Shown in pieces: positions 35,907-47,011 of a stretch of 49,215 nucleotides of DNA. This stretch comes from a virus. Its lineage: Duplodnaviria > Caudoviricetes. The first letter of the stretch is position 1, and each line of letters starts with the position of its first letter. Location of the stretch: IMG/VR virus record IMGVR_UViG_3300033067_001588, positions 1 through 49,215 of that record; one strand, 5' to 3'. Below the pieces are notes generated by a model. It was not told the DNA's origin. It was given only the letters and a program-made list of their open reading frames with translations, and searched no databases. The position numbers were made by a program, and so were the translations under genes.

Positions 35907-36126
35907 AGGGCCATCTATCACGGCGAGTGATGGGCTGTGGGCAGAATTCCAAGCGTGTATGCGCCTAGGGATTGACCCGGATGTGCAGTTTGCAAAAGAC
36001 CGATTCAGCCGGATGCTCAACACCGGCGGCGTGGTGGCAGATGGTGCGCTGAACGCGATGCGGTCATATGACATCGCCAAAGAACGCGAACGAGATGCTG
36101 AGCTAGAACGGAAACGAAAGCGATAA
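35842..36126 (+). CDS. tail assembly chaperone frameshift extension (T-like)
   Basis: The +1 frame is open from 35824 to 36126; TTC TTT CGG at 35838-35846. Confidence 0.5.
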   Translation, partial: FGLSYQNVPLEQWLGRHAVFHEGPSITASDGLWAEFQACMRLGIDPDVQFAKDRFSRMLNTGGVVADGALNAMRSYDIAKERERDAELERKRKR

Positions 36127-38996
36127 TGCCAACCTACCCAGAGTCGGGCGTCAAGCTGATTGCGGATACCGCTGAATATACCAAGGCGATGGATGATGCC
36201 ATCTTCCTCGCGGATTACTTTGACTCGTTGGGCACCATTAGCATTTCTGTCAGTGCTGATGTGGATACGTCCGCGCTGGATTCAGCGGTACTGCCTGACG
36301 ACGGCGAGACAATCGCTATAAATATTGATGCAACCATGACCGGCGATGACTTGCCGCTAGATGGTGAGACAGTTAATTACACAGTTGATGCTACAGTAAC
36401 CGGTGATGACTTACCGCTAGATGGTGAGACAGTCAAATTCACAGCCGATGGTACTGTAGAGGGTGAAGTGGCTGATTTGCCGCTGCAAGGCGAAACGGTC
36501 AAATTCACAATGGATGCGGATGAAACACCTGCGACAGTTGAAACACTAAATGCGGTAAAAACCATCAAAGACCTTGCTATTCTAAACACTGTTTGGAATA
36601 TCACTGGTTCAGCAGTTGATTTAATTGGCAAGTTTTCAGAATTTGCAATCGCGCCATTGCTTTCGATTGACGAAGCGGTTGCCCGGGTGAATGCACAAAC
36701 GGCCAGTGCTATTCCGAATGTGGATAAACTGATTTCATCGTTGTATTCTGCCGATTTGGGCGGGATTGACCAGATTAGCGATGTGGTCATTCAAGCCAAG
36801 CAGCTAGGCGCGCCTATTGAAGAAGCTGCCACGGCTGCACTGACCTTTACCAAAGTTTTTGCTGACCAAAATCCCGCACAAGTTATGAACACGCTCAATC
36901 AACTTGTGTCAACTGGGTTAGCTCCAAATTTTGCCACAGCTAGTGATATGTTGACGGTGGCATTCCAGAATGGTGCAAATCGTGCTGGCGATTTACTAAC
37001 AACTTTAAACGGAAATGCAACCGCACTCAAGGACATGGGGTATGACGGCCAAACCGCATTAGGTCTTATCACACAAGGTTTGGATGGTGGGTATAAATCC
37101 GCCAATGATGTGGCAACAAGTTTGACTAAGGTAAAGCAAAACCTAACTGCCGCAGCCGGTAACGATACGGCTGATGCATCAAAAGCCTTGGAATCGCTAG
37201 GAATTCCTAATCCGGCTGAAACTGGTGAAGCGTGGACAAAAGACTTTCTTGCTAGTGTAATTTCCGGTATTCAGAATGCGCCAGTGAGTGATACGCAGAA
37301 ACAAGCCATGCTATCCGCTATTTTAGGCGGGAAAATTGGTGCAAAAGAATTTAGTAGTTTCATGCAGCTTGACCCATCGGCAGCCGCTGAAATGTTTGCA
37401 CCGATGAAAGGCGCAGCGTCGATAGCCGCAACTGAAATGGACAATTCTTTGTCAGGTGCTATCGCTGATTTTGAACTTGCCGCACAAACCGCTGCTATGG
37501 ACTTCTTATCATCCAAACAAATCGACCTACCCGGCAAGATTCAAGCGCTAAAATCCGGCTTACAGGATGCACTTAATACGCTGGCAAATGGCGGTACATT
37601 AGGTGAAGCGCTGACTGTAGCACTCAAGCCGATTGGATTTGACGATGAGTTCCAAGGACTAGAAAGCGCACTAGGAAACTTTGTAATCGGCATTTTACAA
37701 GCGGTTGCCCAGTTACAAGATTTAACGGGGCATGGGGCAGAGGCAGCAGGTACACGCGCGACAATTGCTAGCATGGGCGCACAGCAGTTGGCATTTGATT
37801 TGAAAGTCGCCAATCCTGATGAGATTGCATCGACCGTAGGCGTGGCCGTATCGCGTGGGGTATCTGATCCGGCAGTGCAATCAGCGGCACAAACGGCGAT
37901 TGATGAACTTCTCGCTAGCGGTGCGACCGACCGCGCACAAGCCATTGTTGACACCCTGCGCACACAAGCTGACACGGGCATTCAACTGAAGTTGTTGCCG
38001 GGTGTGGATGAAAGCACCAAGGGATTAGTTCGTCAGCAGTTGGAAGCGTTTGGATTTGGAACGCTCAACGACGACGGCACGATTAGTATGAACATCACGC
38101 CGGGTATGACACCGGAAAGCATCACCGGACTCGCCAATACTATTAAGGATACAGTCACAGGCAATTTTGATGCACAGGTGATTGAAGGCGTTGAGATTAA
38201 GCCATCAATTAGCAAAGACACCATCAATGAATTGCAATCGACAATTAACACGTCTAAAGATGCAACAACACAGGCTATGCGGGACACCAAAGACGCAAGC
38301 CTGACATTAACATCTGATGTAAATGTAGCGACTACTGCCATGTCTACGCAGGTTGCCACAGCGACCACGGCTGTGGCTGATTTAAACACCAAAGTACAGA
38401 CGCAAGGCACTAACGCCGGACAAGCTGCGCCGAAAGTTCAGCAGACAGCGGACGCCACCAAGAAACTGGGCGACAACGCCGGACGCACGGCGGCTCAGGT
38501 GCAGCAAACGAGTGATGCGATGACTTCGATTGCTGGCAATGCGCCGATTGCGGCCAGTGGATTGAGTGCGCTTGACTTGGCAATTCAGCAAATCATCGCC
38601 ACGGCGAAGGGATTGGCAGCCGCCAGCGATGCGGTGGCACAGAAGCAAGGGCAACTGGACAACCAGCTAAATAACACGGGCGGCAGTAGTAGTGATAGTG
38701 CACCGGTATCCGACAGAGGCTTTGCAACCGGCACGGATAGCGCACAAGGCACATTCATGGTAGGCGAACGCGGACGCGAGTTGATGACCAGCAACCGCGA
38801 ATTGGCCGTACTGAACAACATGTCCACCGAGGCGATTATGGCAGCGCTGCAAGGCTACATACCGGGCGGCAGCTTCAGCGGCAAGGGCGGCGGCAATGCA
38901 GTGACCATTAACAATACAAACTTAGTTCAAAGTCAGGCGCAGGCGGACGCGGTTGGGTATCGCACGGCGCAACAACTGAGAGGCATGGCAAACTAA
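36126..38996 (+). CDS. tape measure protein
   Basis: 956 aa, A/Q/L-rich helical; C-terminal GFATG...VGERGRE motif. Confidence 0.85.
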   Translation: MPTYPESGVKLIADTAEYTKAMDDAIFLADYFDSLGTISISVSADVDTSALDSAVLPDDGETIAINIDATMTGDDLPLDGETVNYTVDATVTGDDLPLDGETVKFTADGTVEGEVADLPLQGETVKFTMDADETPATVETLNAVKTIKDLAILNTVWNITGSAVDLIGKFSEFAIAPLLSIDEAVARVNAQTASAIPNVDKLISSLYSADLGGIDQISDVVIQAKQLGAPIEEAATAALTFTKVFADQNPAQVMNTLNQLVSTGLAPNFATASDMLTVAFQNGANRAGDLLTTLNGNATALKDMGYDGQTALGLITQGLDGGYKSANDVATSLTKVKQNLTAAAGNDTADASKALESLGIPNPAETGEAWTKDFLASVISGIQNAPVSDTQKQAMLSAILGGKIGAKEFSSFMQLDPSAAAEMFAPMKGAASIAATEMDNSLSGAIADFELAAQTAAMDFLSSKQIDLPGKIQALKSGLQDALNTLANGGTLGEALTVALKPIGFDDEFQGLESALGNFVIGILQAVAQLQDLTGHGAEAAGTRATIASMGAQQLAFDLKVANPDEIASTVGVAVSRGVSDPAVQSAAQTAIDELLASGATDRAQAIVDTLRTQADTGIQLKLLPGVDESTKGLVRQQLEAFGFGTLNDDGTISMNITPGMTPESITGLANTIKDTVTGNFDAQVIEGVEIKPSISKDTINELQSTINTSKDATTQAMRDTKDASLTLTSDVNVATTAMSTQVATATTAVADLNTKVQTQGTNAGQAAPKVQQTADATKKLGDNAGRTAAQVQQTSDAMTSIAGNAPIAASGLSALDLAIQQIIATAKGLAAASDAVAQKQGQLDNQLNNTGGSSSDSAPVSDRGFATGTDSAQGTFMVGERGRELMTSNRELAVLNNMSTEAIMAALQGYIPGGSFSGKGGGNAVTINNTNLVQSQAQADAVGYRTAQQLRGMAN

Positions 38997-40627
38997 TGGC
39001 GGGTGGATGGTTAGACCACAAACAGCTATCAATTATCAAGGGCATCGGCAAGACGCCGGGTGATTCGACAAGTGCCGAGGCGGATCCGGTGGTGGTCAAT
39101 TTGATGAGCGGCGCCATCACGCTGGATGAATGGACACCCAATATTCCGGCGGTTAAGAATTCCGGCATATGGTCAGACAGTCCGCTATCTGATGGACGCA
39201 CGTTGCTGGCTGCGCCGGTGGGCAATGTCACCGAGAAGATAAGCATCATTATCAGAGACAATAGCTATTTAGGCGCACAAAAGCAGCTGAGCAACTTGAA
39301 CCAGATGGTGACTTACTGCCGCGACTTCTGGCAATCACAAGGGCAAATTGACCCGGTGTATCTGGCATGGTGGGCAGGATGCGGCGCGGGTTCGCAATAT
39401 GCGCTGATTTATAACGTCGAGATTGCACCCGAATATGTGGATAGTCCTAGTCCCACCATTCGGGCAAGCCTGTCGATTGAACGTGAATTCGGCTGGCGTG
39501 GCATTCCGCCGGGTGCTAATCCCAAGTTGTGGACACTGGGCACACAGTTCAAGTCATCCAGTGCAAATCTGGCAACTGGAACTGACCATCTTGTCACCAA
39601 GACCATTCAAAACAAACGTGAATGGAACACGACGCAAACGGCAGAATTGACCAACAACTATGTGGACATTCCAGCCACGTTGATACCGGGCGATTTACCC
39701 GCGCTGGTGGCATTGGGCACAGACAGCATCGCCGGTGCTAATCCGCCGGATACGCTGTACTGTGGACGCAGCACCAAACCAACATCCATGAATATCCCGG
39801 GTGGTGGCACATCTATACCGATATTGGTGCTGAATGCTGGCGACGCATTTGGTGGGCCACCGAAAGCGGCTGATACCGGTGCACCGAAGTCCAACTCATT
39901 GGGCACTGGTCAGCGCATCGACATGACCGGCACAGGGCTGGTGGTGTGGGATAGCGTCAACAGCAAGAGCAAGATTGACATGGCGACCATGCGCGGACAA
40001 TACATCTGCTTTGCGCGGGTGCGTCTATCGGCTGCCGCAACGGTTTACAACGTTGCATTATCCATCAGCTACAACGGCAGCAACCGCCAGACCTTGCCAT
40101 CTGTGCAAGTCACGTCTGTGGGTGGTGGCGGTGTGGGTAATACCACATCGTGGGCGGCGATTTACTTGGGACAACTTAGCGTTCCATTCTCCAGCGAACG
40201 CATACCAACCACATTGACAGGACTCGGCACATCGGTGGCAGTCGCCGGACAAAATACCATTGAAATCGACCTAGACGGCACGTTGGTTTCTGGCGCAGGA
40301 CATTTGTACATCTGCGATGTCATCCTGATACCGATGGACGAGGCGTGCTTCGCTGTGAATGCGGCCACGCTCGGCACGCGCGTGTTGGTTGATAGCACCG
40401 GCTATGCCAATCACGGACAACCTGAAGTGGGCGTGATTAATGCGCCAAACGCGGTCAACGTCAATCAAAATCCATACACGTTTTCAGGCCAAACACTGAC
40501 GCTAATTCCGCACGTCAATAATCGGCTGCACTTCTTTGGAACAAACGCCAACACATCTAACATCGAAACGGCGTGGGACATCCGGCTGAATATTGTGCCA
40601 CGGTGGGCAGGAATAAGGGACGTGTAA
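38996..40627 (+). CDS. distal tail/baseplate protein
   Basis: First gene after the tape measure gene; beta-rich. Confidence 0.6.
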   Translation: MAGGWLDHKQLSIIKGIGKTPGDSTSAEADPVVVNLMSGAITLDEWTPNIPAVKNSGIWSDSPLSDGRTLLAAPVGNVTEKISIIIRDNSYLGAQKQLSNLNQMVTYCRDFWQSQGQIDPVYLAWWAGCGAGSQYALIYNVEIAPEYVDSPSPTIRASLSIEREFGWRGIPPGANPKLWTLGTQFKSSSANLATGTDHLVTKTIQNKREWNTTQTAELTNNYVDIPATLIPGDLPALVALGTDSIAGANPPDTLYCGRSTKPTSMNIPGGGTSIPILVLNAGDAFGGPPKAADTGAPKSNSLGTGQRIDMTGTGLVVWDSVNSKSKIDMATMRGQYICFARVRLSAAATVYNVALSISYNGSNRQTLPSVQVTSVGGGGVGNTTSWAAIYLGQLSVPFSSERIPTTLTGLGTSVAVAGQNTIEIDLDGTLVSGAGHLYICDVILIPMDEACFAVNAATLGTRVLVDSTGYANHGQPEVGVINAPNAVNVNQNPYTFSGQTLTLIPHVNNRLHFFGTNANTSNIETAWDIRLNIVPRWAGIRDV

Positions 40628-40628
40628 C

Positions 40629-41801
40629 ATGGCAACACCAGCACATTATATTCATGTCTATCAGCGTCCCAAGCAAGGCACATCCTTTTTAAAGCGCTAT
40701 TTGGCCTACAACTACCAGCACACCATCAGCAACCAAGGCTGGTTTGACACAGCAAGCTGCGACCTGAGCGTCACATCCGAAATGGAAGGCCAACGCATCC
40801 TTGAACAATATTTAGGCTGTTTTGTGGCCGTGTACGTGGATAATCCGGTTGTGCCGATTTGGGAAGGTCTTATCAACCGCATCACGTTCAACAGCGGCGG
40901 CGCGTCCTACACCATTAGCTTAGATGAGATGGCAAACCGCGTGAGTGTGATGTACGTGGGCGCGGCAAACGCACAGGGTAACACGCCGATTGTCAACAAC
41001 ACCACATCACAGGCGATTTATGGCATCAAGCAAGACCAGATTGAGGTGGGCGTAGATACCGGCGGCGGCACACAGCGCACCTTGCTGCGTGACACCTTAC
41101 TGGCACAACGGGCATTCCCGCAAACGTCTTACAGCCAAGCTGGTGGCAACTCGAATCTGGTGCATCTGGAATGCATCGGCATTTTCCATACACTCGAATG
41201 GGAAAAACTTTTCACGGCGCTGGCAGCCACGAACACGGCGTTCAACACAGCGGTGACAAATGCGGTGACCGGCTTGGCGAATGGCACGACCTTCTTCGAC
41301 AACACGGTGACCAGCGGGATTGTGGCGAATGCCGGACAAGCACCAGACCAGCAGCGCGGCGTGAGCACGTGGGAACGCATCATGAAGATTGCCGAGGCGG
41401 GTGATGCCACGAACTATTGGGTGGCAGGGATCACACCGACGGATAAGAACACCGGCAAGCGCACCTTCTACTATCGCATGGCGAATTTTGACGTGGATTA
41501 TACGGCACGGCAAGCGGACGGCCTGAAACCGCGCAACAAGTTCGGCAAGTTGATTCCGCCGTGGCTGGTGGTGCCGGATACAGCCATTCGTGTGACCGAC
41601 ACGCTGGTGGGTTATGACACCACACTCACGACTGACTTGCGAGCAACTTACATCCAGAGCATCCAGTACGACGCCAACAATCAATCCGTGCAATGGTTCG
41701 GCGCGGATGATACCACAGCACGCGCGGCATTCATGCTGAAGCGCGGCTTCAAACCGTTAAGCCGGGCATTTGGCGCACCATTGCGCATTTTGTCGGCCTA
41801 G
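40629..41801 (+). CDS. tail hub/tip protein
   Basis: PIWEGLINRI motif and synteny. Confidence 0.6.
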   Translation: MATPAHYIHVYQRPKQGTSFLKRYLAYNYQHTISNQGWFDTASCDLSVTSEMEGQRILEQYLGCFVAVYVDNPVVPIWEGLINRITFNSGGASYTISLDEMANRVSVMYVGAANAQGNTPIVNNTTSQAIYGIKQDQIEVGVDTGGGTQRTLLRDTLLAQRAFPQTSYSQAGGNSNLVHLECIGIFHTLEWEKLFTALAATNTAFNTAVTNAVTGLANGTTFFDNTVTSGIVANAGQAPDQQRGVSTWERIMKIAEAGDATNYWVAGITPTDKNTGKRTFYYRMANFDVDYTARQADGLKPRNKFGKLIPPWLVVPDTAIRVTDTLVGYDTTLTTDLRATYIQSIQYDANNQSVQWFGADDTTARAAFMLKRGFKPLSRAFGAPLRILSA

Positions 41802-41815
41802 TAGATAGGACACCT

Positions 41816-42418
41816 ATGTCACTCATCCATCCGATTGAGCAAGTCAAAGAGGCCGAACAACTCGCTGAAGCCGCACTGCAAGCACCACTGAACAACTTGG
41901 TCATCGTGTTGGCATTAATGGCACTGGTGATTATTCTGGGCGTGGGCTTCCTGATTTGGCGCTTCTTGCCGGTCATTATCAAGCAGATTCAGCAGCAGTT
42001 GGATACCAACCAGCATTTGAGCACGATAGTCGGTCAGAACGTCGAGCAAATCAAACTGACGACGCAGGCCGTGACCAGCAACACGGTTGAAGCGCAAAAG
42101 ATTATCGTCAGCATCGACCGGCAAACGGATGTCATCCAAAGCCAAGGCCGTGACCTGCGCAATTATCAGACGTTGGTATCTGACAACCTGAGCGCCCACA
42201 CCAAGCAAATCGCCGCCAATACGCGCAGCATCGCCACCCTGCGTGAACAAATCGAATTGAAGTTCACGGAATTGAGCACCCAACTTGAAACGGTCAGCGA
42301 GGATAAGACGGTGTGTGCCGGACATGAAGCGCTTCTTCGAAAGCTGCGGGATGAGGTCATCGACACGATTAAGCAGCAGCAAATCAGCCACAGCGCGGTT
42401 GCCATTGACGGCGGATGA
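41816..42418 (+). CDS. single-TM coiled-coil protein (lysis module, holin-like)
   Basis: One TM helix followed by a heptad-rich region. Confidence 0.5.
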   Translation: MSLIHPIEQVKEAEQLAEAALQAPLNNLVIVLALMALVIILGVGFLIWRFLPVIIKQIQQQLDTNQHLSTIVGQNVEQIKLTTQAVTSNTVEAQKIIVSIDRQTDVIQSQGRDLRNYQTLVSDNLSAHTKQIAANTRSIATLREQIELKFTELSTQLETVSEDKTVCAGHEALLRKLRDEVIDTIKQQQISHSAVAIDGG

Positions 42419-42563
42419 ACATCGCGCTCACTACAACCGCTATGTGAAATTGGCCGGCGACATTTACCTGACCACGCACCACGTCGGCGTGGCGTTAGAA
42501 GTTTTGGAAATCGGTAATATCCATTTGCAGACGAGTGTTGAACTCGACAGAAAGGCTACTCTC

Positions 42564-43040
42564 ATGAAACAACGTACCGTATTTTTCGTCTTATTTGTAT
42601 TGCTGGCGCTGCTGGTGGGCGTAACCATTCTGCATGCGCAGGATGTCACGGCCACGCCTACGCCGCCAAGCTCGCCGCTGGATGTGATTCCGGTGGGTGA
42701 AGCGGGTAATCAGTTAATGACCGCGCTGCTGGCTATCATCGGCAGTGTGTTCAGCGCACCGTTGACGCTGCTGCTGGTCAGTTGGTTGAAGATGATTCCG
42801 CTGCTCGATGCTATTCCGGCGCGGACGCTGCAACTCTTGGTGGCAGTGGTGCTGGTGGTGCTGACGTGGATTACAACCTTCTTTGGATTGACGCCACAAT
42901 TCAACTCGCTGTTAAATGCATTACAAGTTGCGGGGCCGGTGGTGTTGCAATTCGTCCTGACCATCTTAGGAAGTCACACAGCTTATAACTACGCCTCGCG
43001 GCATGAACTGCCGATTATCGGATACCAACGGCCTATATGA
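42564..43040 (+). CDS. multi-TM membrane protein, putative holin
   Basis: AGAAAGG RBS; signal-like N-terminus plus three TM segments; coupled to the lysin candidate. Confidence 0.55.
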   Translation: MKQRTVFFVLFVLLALLVGVTILHAQDVTATPTPPSSPLDVIPVGEAGNQLMTALLAIIGSVFSAPLTLLLVSWLKMIPLLDAIPARTLQLLVAVVLVVLTWITTFFGLTPQFNSLLNALQVAGPVVLQFVLTILGSHTAYNYASRHELPIIGYQRPI

Positions 43041-44524
43041 CACAATCGGCAATCTCTTACAACGTCAATGGCATCGGCACACCACGGCCTGATGTGCTGG
43101 AAAAGCATATCGCGGCGATTAATCCGCGCTGGCTGCTGGTCATGGACAATCTGGGCATGGCGCAAAGTTATCGCCGCAAGTTCCCGAACACGCAGGTGGT
43201 GCACCGCAACTGGGGACTGACGCAAGGTGATGAGAACGTCTACAGCCGATTGACTCCAGCGCAGTGGATTGAGAAGCGGCAGGCTGAAGCCACAGACGGT
43301 ATTTATCTGTACACCGGCAACGAAGCTGGCATCGCGGCACAGTGGCACATCGAACTGATGAAGTTGATTGTCAGCCGTGGGCTGAAGAACATGCGGCTGG
43401 TGATTTGCAACTGCGCCATTGGCACACCAACCGTGCCGGAATGGTCACAGCCAATCATGCGTGAGTTTTTCCAACTGCTGCATGACCACCGTGACCAGTT
43501 TGTGTTAGGGTTGCATGAATATTTCAGCGGCATTGCGCCAAGCGGATTCGTGGGCGGGTATCCCGACGGCAGTTGGTCAGACGGACGCACTAATCTGCAT
43601 CCGAACTATGAGAACCGCGCCAATTGGCCGGAAGATGCCAGCGACATCGGTATGCTGTGGCATTGTGGGCGCTTCAAAGTAGTCAATGATGCGGCCAAGT
43701 CGTTCGGGATTATGCCACCGCGCATCCTAATTACTGAACATGGCGCGGATGATTTATCCGACTTGGCACCATGGGCAAAGAAGTTCCCACTGACCGCGCC
43801 ATACCAAAATCATCGCGGATGGAAATCACTGGAAGCGATGTGGGCCAAGCTGCTGCCCGGACGCAGCCGCGAGAAGGCGTTCTTTGAGAACGTGCGCTAT
43901 CTCAACCGCGCGGTGTACAGCCACTTTCCAAACGTGGAAGGTCAACTGCTGTTTACGTGGTCGAATAAAAACGACTGGGCGCAGTTTGACATCAGCGATG
44001 CCAACGAATTCATGACGCTGCTGGAAGATGAAGCTGGCAAGGTGGTGATTCCGGTCACATCGCTGCCTGCGTTCCCAGACGATTTCGAGATACGCGGCAA
44101 GCCATACATCGTGACCGGCACACAAGGCGCGGTGCCTGTGCGCCAGAAACCGACACGCAACTCGACGCTGCTGGCATTGGTCGGCGGTGCACCGGGTTTG
44201 CTGGAGGTGATTACGGAAGACATGCTGTTTGCTGTCGAGCGCGTTGAAGAAACGATTGATGGCAAGGCAGGTGTATGGCTTCCGGTGATGATGGGCACGA
44301 CTATCAAAGGCTGGTGCTTCAACGGATGGCTGGACGTGCAGCCGGTGAAAGTTGTGCCGGATCCGCAACCGGATGACACCGTGACGTGGTCGATAACCAT
44401 CAAGGCGGCATACACCGGCACAGTCGCCGAACGTGAAGACAGCAAGCAAGCGTGGGCAGCACTGGCCGATTTTATCCGGCGGGTGCATCCAGCCAATGTG
44501 GTGCCAGACGTGAGCATAACCTAG
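43037..44524 (+). CDS. putative endolysin: GH-A-like TIM barrel plus SH3b-like domain
   Basis: GNE, LHEY and ITEHG motifs; VRQKPTRNS...W...GW SH3b-like segment; lysis position. Confidence 0.55.
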   Translation: MTQSAISYNVNGIGTPRPDVLEKHIAAINPRWLLVMDNLGMAQSYRRKFPNTQVVHRNWGLTQGDENVYSRLTPAQWIEKRQAEATDGIYLYTGNEAGIAAQWHIELMKLIVSRGLKNMRLVICNCAIGTPTVPEWSQPIMREFFQLLHDHRDQFVLGLHEYFSGIAPSGFVGGYPDGSWSDGRTNLHPNYENRANWPEDASDIGMLWHCGRFKVVNDAAKSFGIMPPRILITEHGADDLSDLAPWAKKFPLTAPYQNHRGWKSLEAMWAKLLPGRSREKAFFENVRYLNRAVYSHFPNVEGQLLFTWSNKNDWAQFDISDANEFMTLLEDEAGKVVIPVTSLPAFPDDFEIRGKPYIVTGTQGAVPVRQKPTRNSTLLALVGGAPGLLEVITEDMLFAVERVEETIDGKAGVWLPVMMGTTIKGWCFNGWLDVQPVKVVPDPQPDDTVTWSITIKAAYTGTVAEREDSKQAWAALADFIRRVHPANVVPDVSIT

Positions 44525-44592
44525 TTCGTCCGCAGTCCAGCAACGAGGTGCAATCATGTAACCTGCAACGGTTTCATGTCCGACTGCTACAT

Positions 44593-44629
44593 ATCAAAGA
44601 CGCCTGCATGAGCCACAGGCGTTTTTGAT
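44593..44629. terminator. likely bidirectional terminator between lysin and integrase
   Basis: atcaaagacgcctg-N9-caggcgtttttgat. Confidence 0.75.
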
Positions 44630-44704
44630 TTCATTAGGTGTTAACCCTCAAATATGATTGCCGTGTGATGCGCACATGAACAAACTCACATGCGCACCAA
44701 ACCG

Positions 44705-46267
44705 TTAGCGGATGTCTACGGTGCCGGTGATGCGGCTATCGAGGACGGAGAGGCGGCGACCACCCAACAGGCGGTGGATGAGTTGATTGATGACGCCGTC
44801 GCCCGATTGCCAGAAGGCGGCGAGGGTTTCGAAGGTGGACAACTCGCGGAAGGCGGACTGTACATCGTCAAGGTTATAGCGAGCGGCGAGGCGTGTTTCG
44901 TCGTCAATGTGCTTCAGCAAGTTTTCGCGCTGGGTGGCAAGGCCGTTGATTTGCTGGTCGTAGAGTGTAAGCAGCGAGTCCGGCGCGGCGGCTTGCTTCT
45001 CAATCAGGCGGGTGATTTGTTTATCCAACGCGGCAAGGTCGGCTTTAAGATTGGCAGTATTATCGACCGGCGCAGACTCGGATGGCATAACCAAGCCGTA
45101 AGCGTCGTTGTGGTCGAGCATGACTTGAAGTGCGGCGTTCATCCACGTGCGGACTTTCTTCTCGGAAATCGACCACTTGCGTGTGCAGCCGGGGCGCGAG
45201 CGTGCCTGATACTTCGATTGGCAATTATAGCTGCCGAGGCCATCACCGCTTTGCGAATAGACCATCATGAAGCCACACTTTTCGCAAACCAGCGTGCCGG
45301 AAAATTGATGGACGGTGGCGTGCTTACGAGGGCGGAAAGTAATCCGGCGGATGACTTCAGCACGAAGCTGCTGCGCCAGTTCGCCAGTGAGCGCGGGTTG
45401 ATTGACATCACGGCGCATCACCACTTCATCCGGCAGCGGCGCGGAATGGTCAACACACCACAGGCCAATCTTTTGACCGTTGGCGTACTTACTATTCTTA
45501 TGATTACGAACCGCATCACCCCAGAACCACGGATTGCAAAACATGTGATAGAAGAAATACTTCTTAAATGGTTGGCCGTTGTTGCCGATGCCATCCGCCC
45601 AGAGTCGTTCTTCGATATGCCGCCAACTGACGCGATTGATGACCAGCCGGGCAGCCGCTTCGATGGTGGCGGTTTTAGACGGATCCGGCACGAAGCCAAT
45701 CACCTTGCCGATGTTGTCACGCACTTTCATATGTGACCAGACGTACATGCTACCCTGCGGAATGCCGAGTTCATCCACCAGCTTGTGGCGGCCACGCAAC
45801 ATCTCCTTTTTTATCCAGTTCATCTGTTTGCGGATTTCATAACCTTTGACCATCAGCCAGATGTCAGCATTTTCGAGGCTGACGAAACCATCTGACAACG
45901 AATAGATACGGGCGTTACAATCCTCTAAGATGGTGTCCACGATTTCATACAATAACGAGGGCTTACGGGCGAATCTATTGGCGTCGCGGCAGATGAGCAC
46001 ATCGAAGTCTTTGGCCTCAAAGTGCGCGACCAGCCTATCAAAGCCGGGTTCATTGTTGGTGTGGGCAGCGGACACCAACTGCGCCATTGTCCGATAGTTG
46101 CGGCTGTGGCCTTCGATGCGGATGGTGTCGATGACCGTCCAGCCATGCTTGATGGCAGCGGCCTGCGCATCAGACACCTGTGTGTCGAGCGAGTATTTGT
46201 CATCCTCGGCTTGGTCTTTGGCGGATACCGCTGCCCAGATGACGGCGCGTAGTGATTCGGTGGTCAT
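44705..46267 (-). CDS. large serine recombinase (integrase)
   Basis: RAVIWAAVSAKDQ catalytic Ser region, DANRFAR, recombinase domain, FSGTLVCEKCG zinc ribbon, coiled coil. Confidence 0.92.
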   Translation of the reverse strand: MTTESLRAVIWAAVSAKDQAEDDKYSLDTQVSDAQAAAIKHGWTVIDTIRIEGHSRNYRTMAQLVSAAHTNNEPGFDRLVAHFEAKDFDVLICRDANRFARKPSLLYEIVDTILEDCNARIYSLSDGFVSLENADIWLMVKGYEIRKQMNWIKKEMLRGRHKLVDELGIPQGSMYVWSHMKVRDNIGKVIGFVPDPSKTATIEAAARLVINRVSWRHIEERLWADGIGNNGQPFKKYFFYHMFCNPWFWGDAVRNHKNSKYANGQKIGLWCVDHSAPLPDEVVMRRDVNQPALTGELAQQLRAEVIRRITFRPRKHATVHQFSGTLVCEKCGFMMVYSQSGDGLGSYNCQSKYQARSRPGCTRKWSISEKKVRTWMNAALQVMLDHNDAYGLVMPSESAPVDNTANLKADLAALDKQITRLIEKQAAAPDSLLTLYDQQINGLATQRENLLKHIDDETRLAARYNLDDVQSAFRELSTFETLAAFWQSGDGVINQLIHRLLGGRRLSVLDSRITGTVDIR

Positions 46268-46797
46268 TTGGCGGCGATACCCTCAAAGGTCAATTGCCAC
46301 GGCTTGGTAATGTTTTCAAAAGTTAAGAGTGCTGTGCAGCCTTCAGACTTGAACAAGGCTTCAGCGCCCGTGTCACCCTCCCCCTTTGATACAATAAATA
46401 AATGTTGATTAGCGGACATTCGCACACCGACGCCACATGTGCCATCCAATGCATCGACCTGAACGGCAGCATAACCAACGGTTGTCAGCTTGGCGCGGTA
46501 GATGCCGGGCGGAATTGGAACCGGACCAATGACGACTTGCTTATCACCCGAAAAGGTCAGACCATCACAGGCCGAGCGGTACATGTTGACAAGGCCGGTG
46601 ATGACTTGCAAATCATCCATGACCTGTTTGGGATCGGTTTGTTGTTTCAAGGTAGTGAGGGCTTCGATGGTGGTGTCAAGCAACTTCTGAATAGCTGGCA
46701 GGTCACAATCGGCGGCTGCCGGTGCATCCTGCGCACGAATAGGAAAATTCGAGAACGTGAGTATTACTAACACCAGACATAAAATTGATTTCTTCAT
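46264..46797 (-). CDS. secreted protein, probably lysogeny-expressed
   Basis: Signal peptide MKKSILCLVLVILTF...RAQD; lies between repressor and integrase. Confidence 0.7.
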   Translation of the reverse strand: MKKSILCLVLVILTFSNFPIRAQDAPAAADCDLPAIQKLLDTTIEALTTLKQQTDPKQVMDDLQVITGLVNMYRSACDGLTFSGDKQVVIGPVPIPPGIYRAKLTTVGYAAVQVDALDGTCGVGVRMSANQHLFIVSKGEGDTGAEALFKSEGCTALLTFENITKPWQLTFEGIAAK

Positions 46798-47011
46798 TGC
46801 TGATACTCCTTGTCATAGATTATTTGTTTTTACAGCCGACAAACGTGTACAAAACCCACTACCTAAAAGATAGCGTTGATGCTAATACTTGACGGATAAA
46901 AAAATACAAACTACATTCAAACCTAAGTAAAACTTGTTTAGTACCGAAAAGTCACCACTTGCTAGAATTTTTGAGCTACGCTAATAACCGAGAATAGATT
47001 TAATTAAAGGA

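Noticed and set aside
44690-45736. 348-aa plus-strand ORF
   Set aside because: Antisense to the serine integrase; no motifs.
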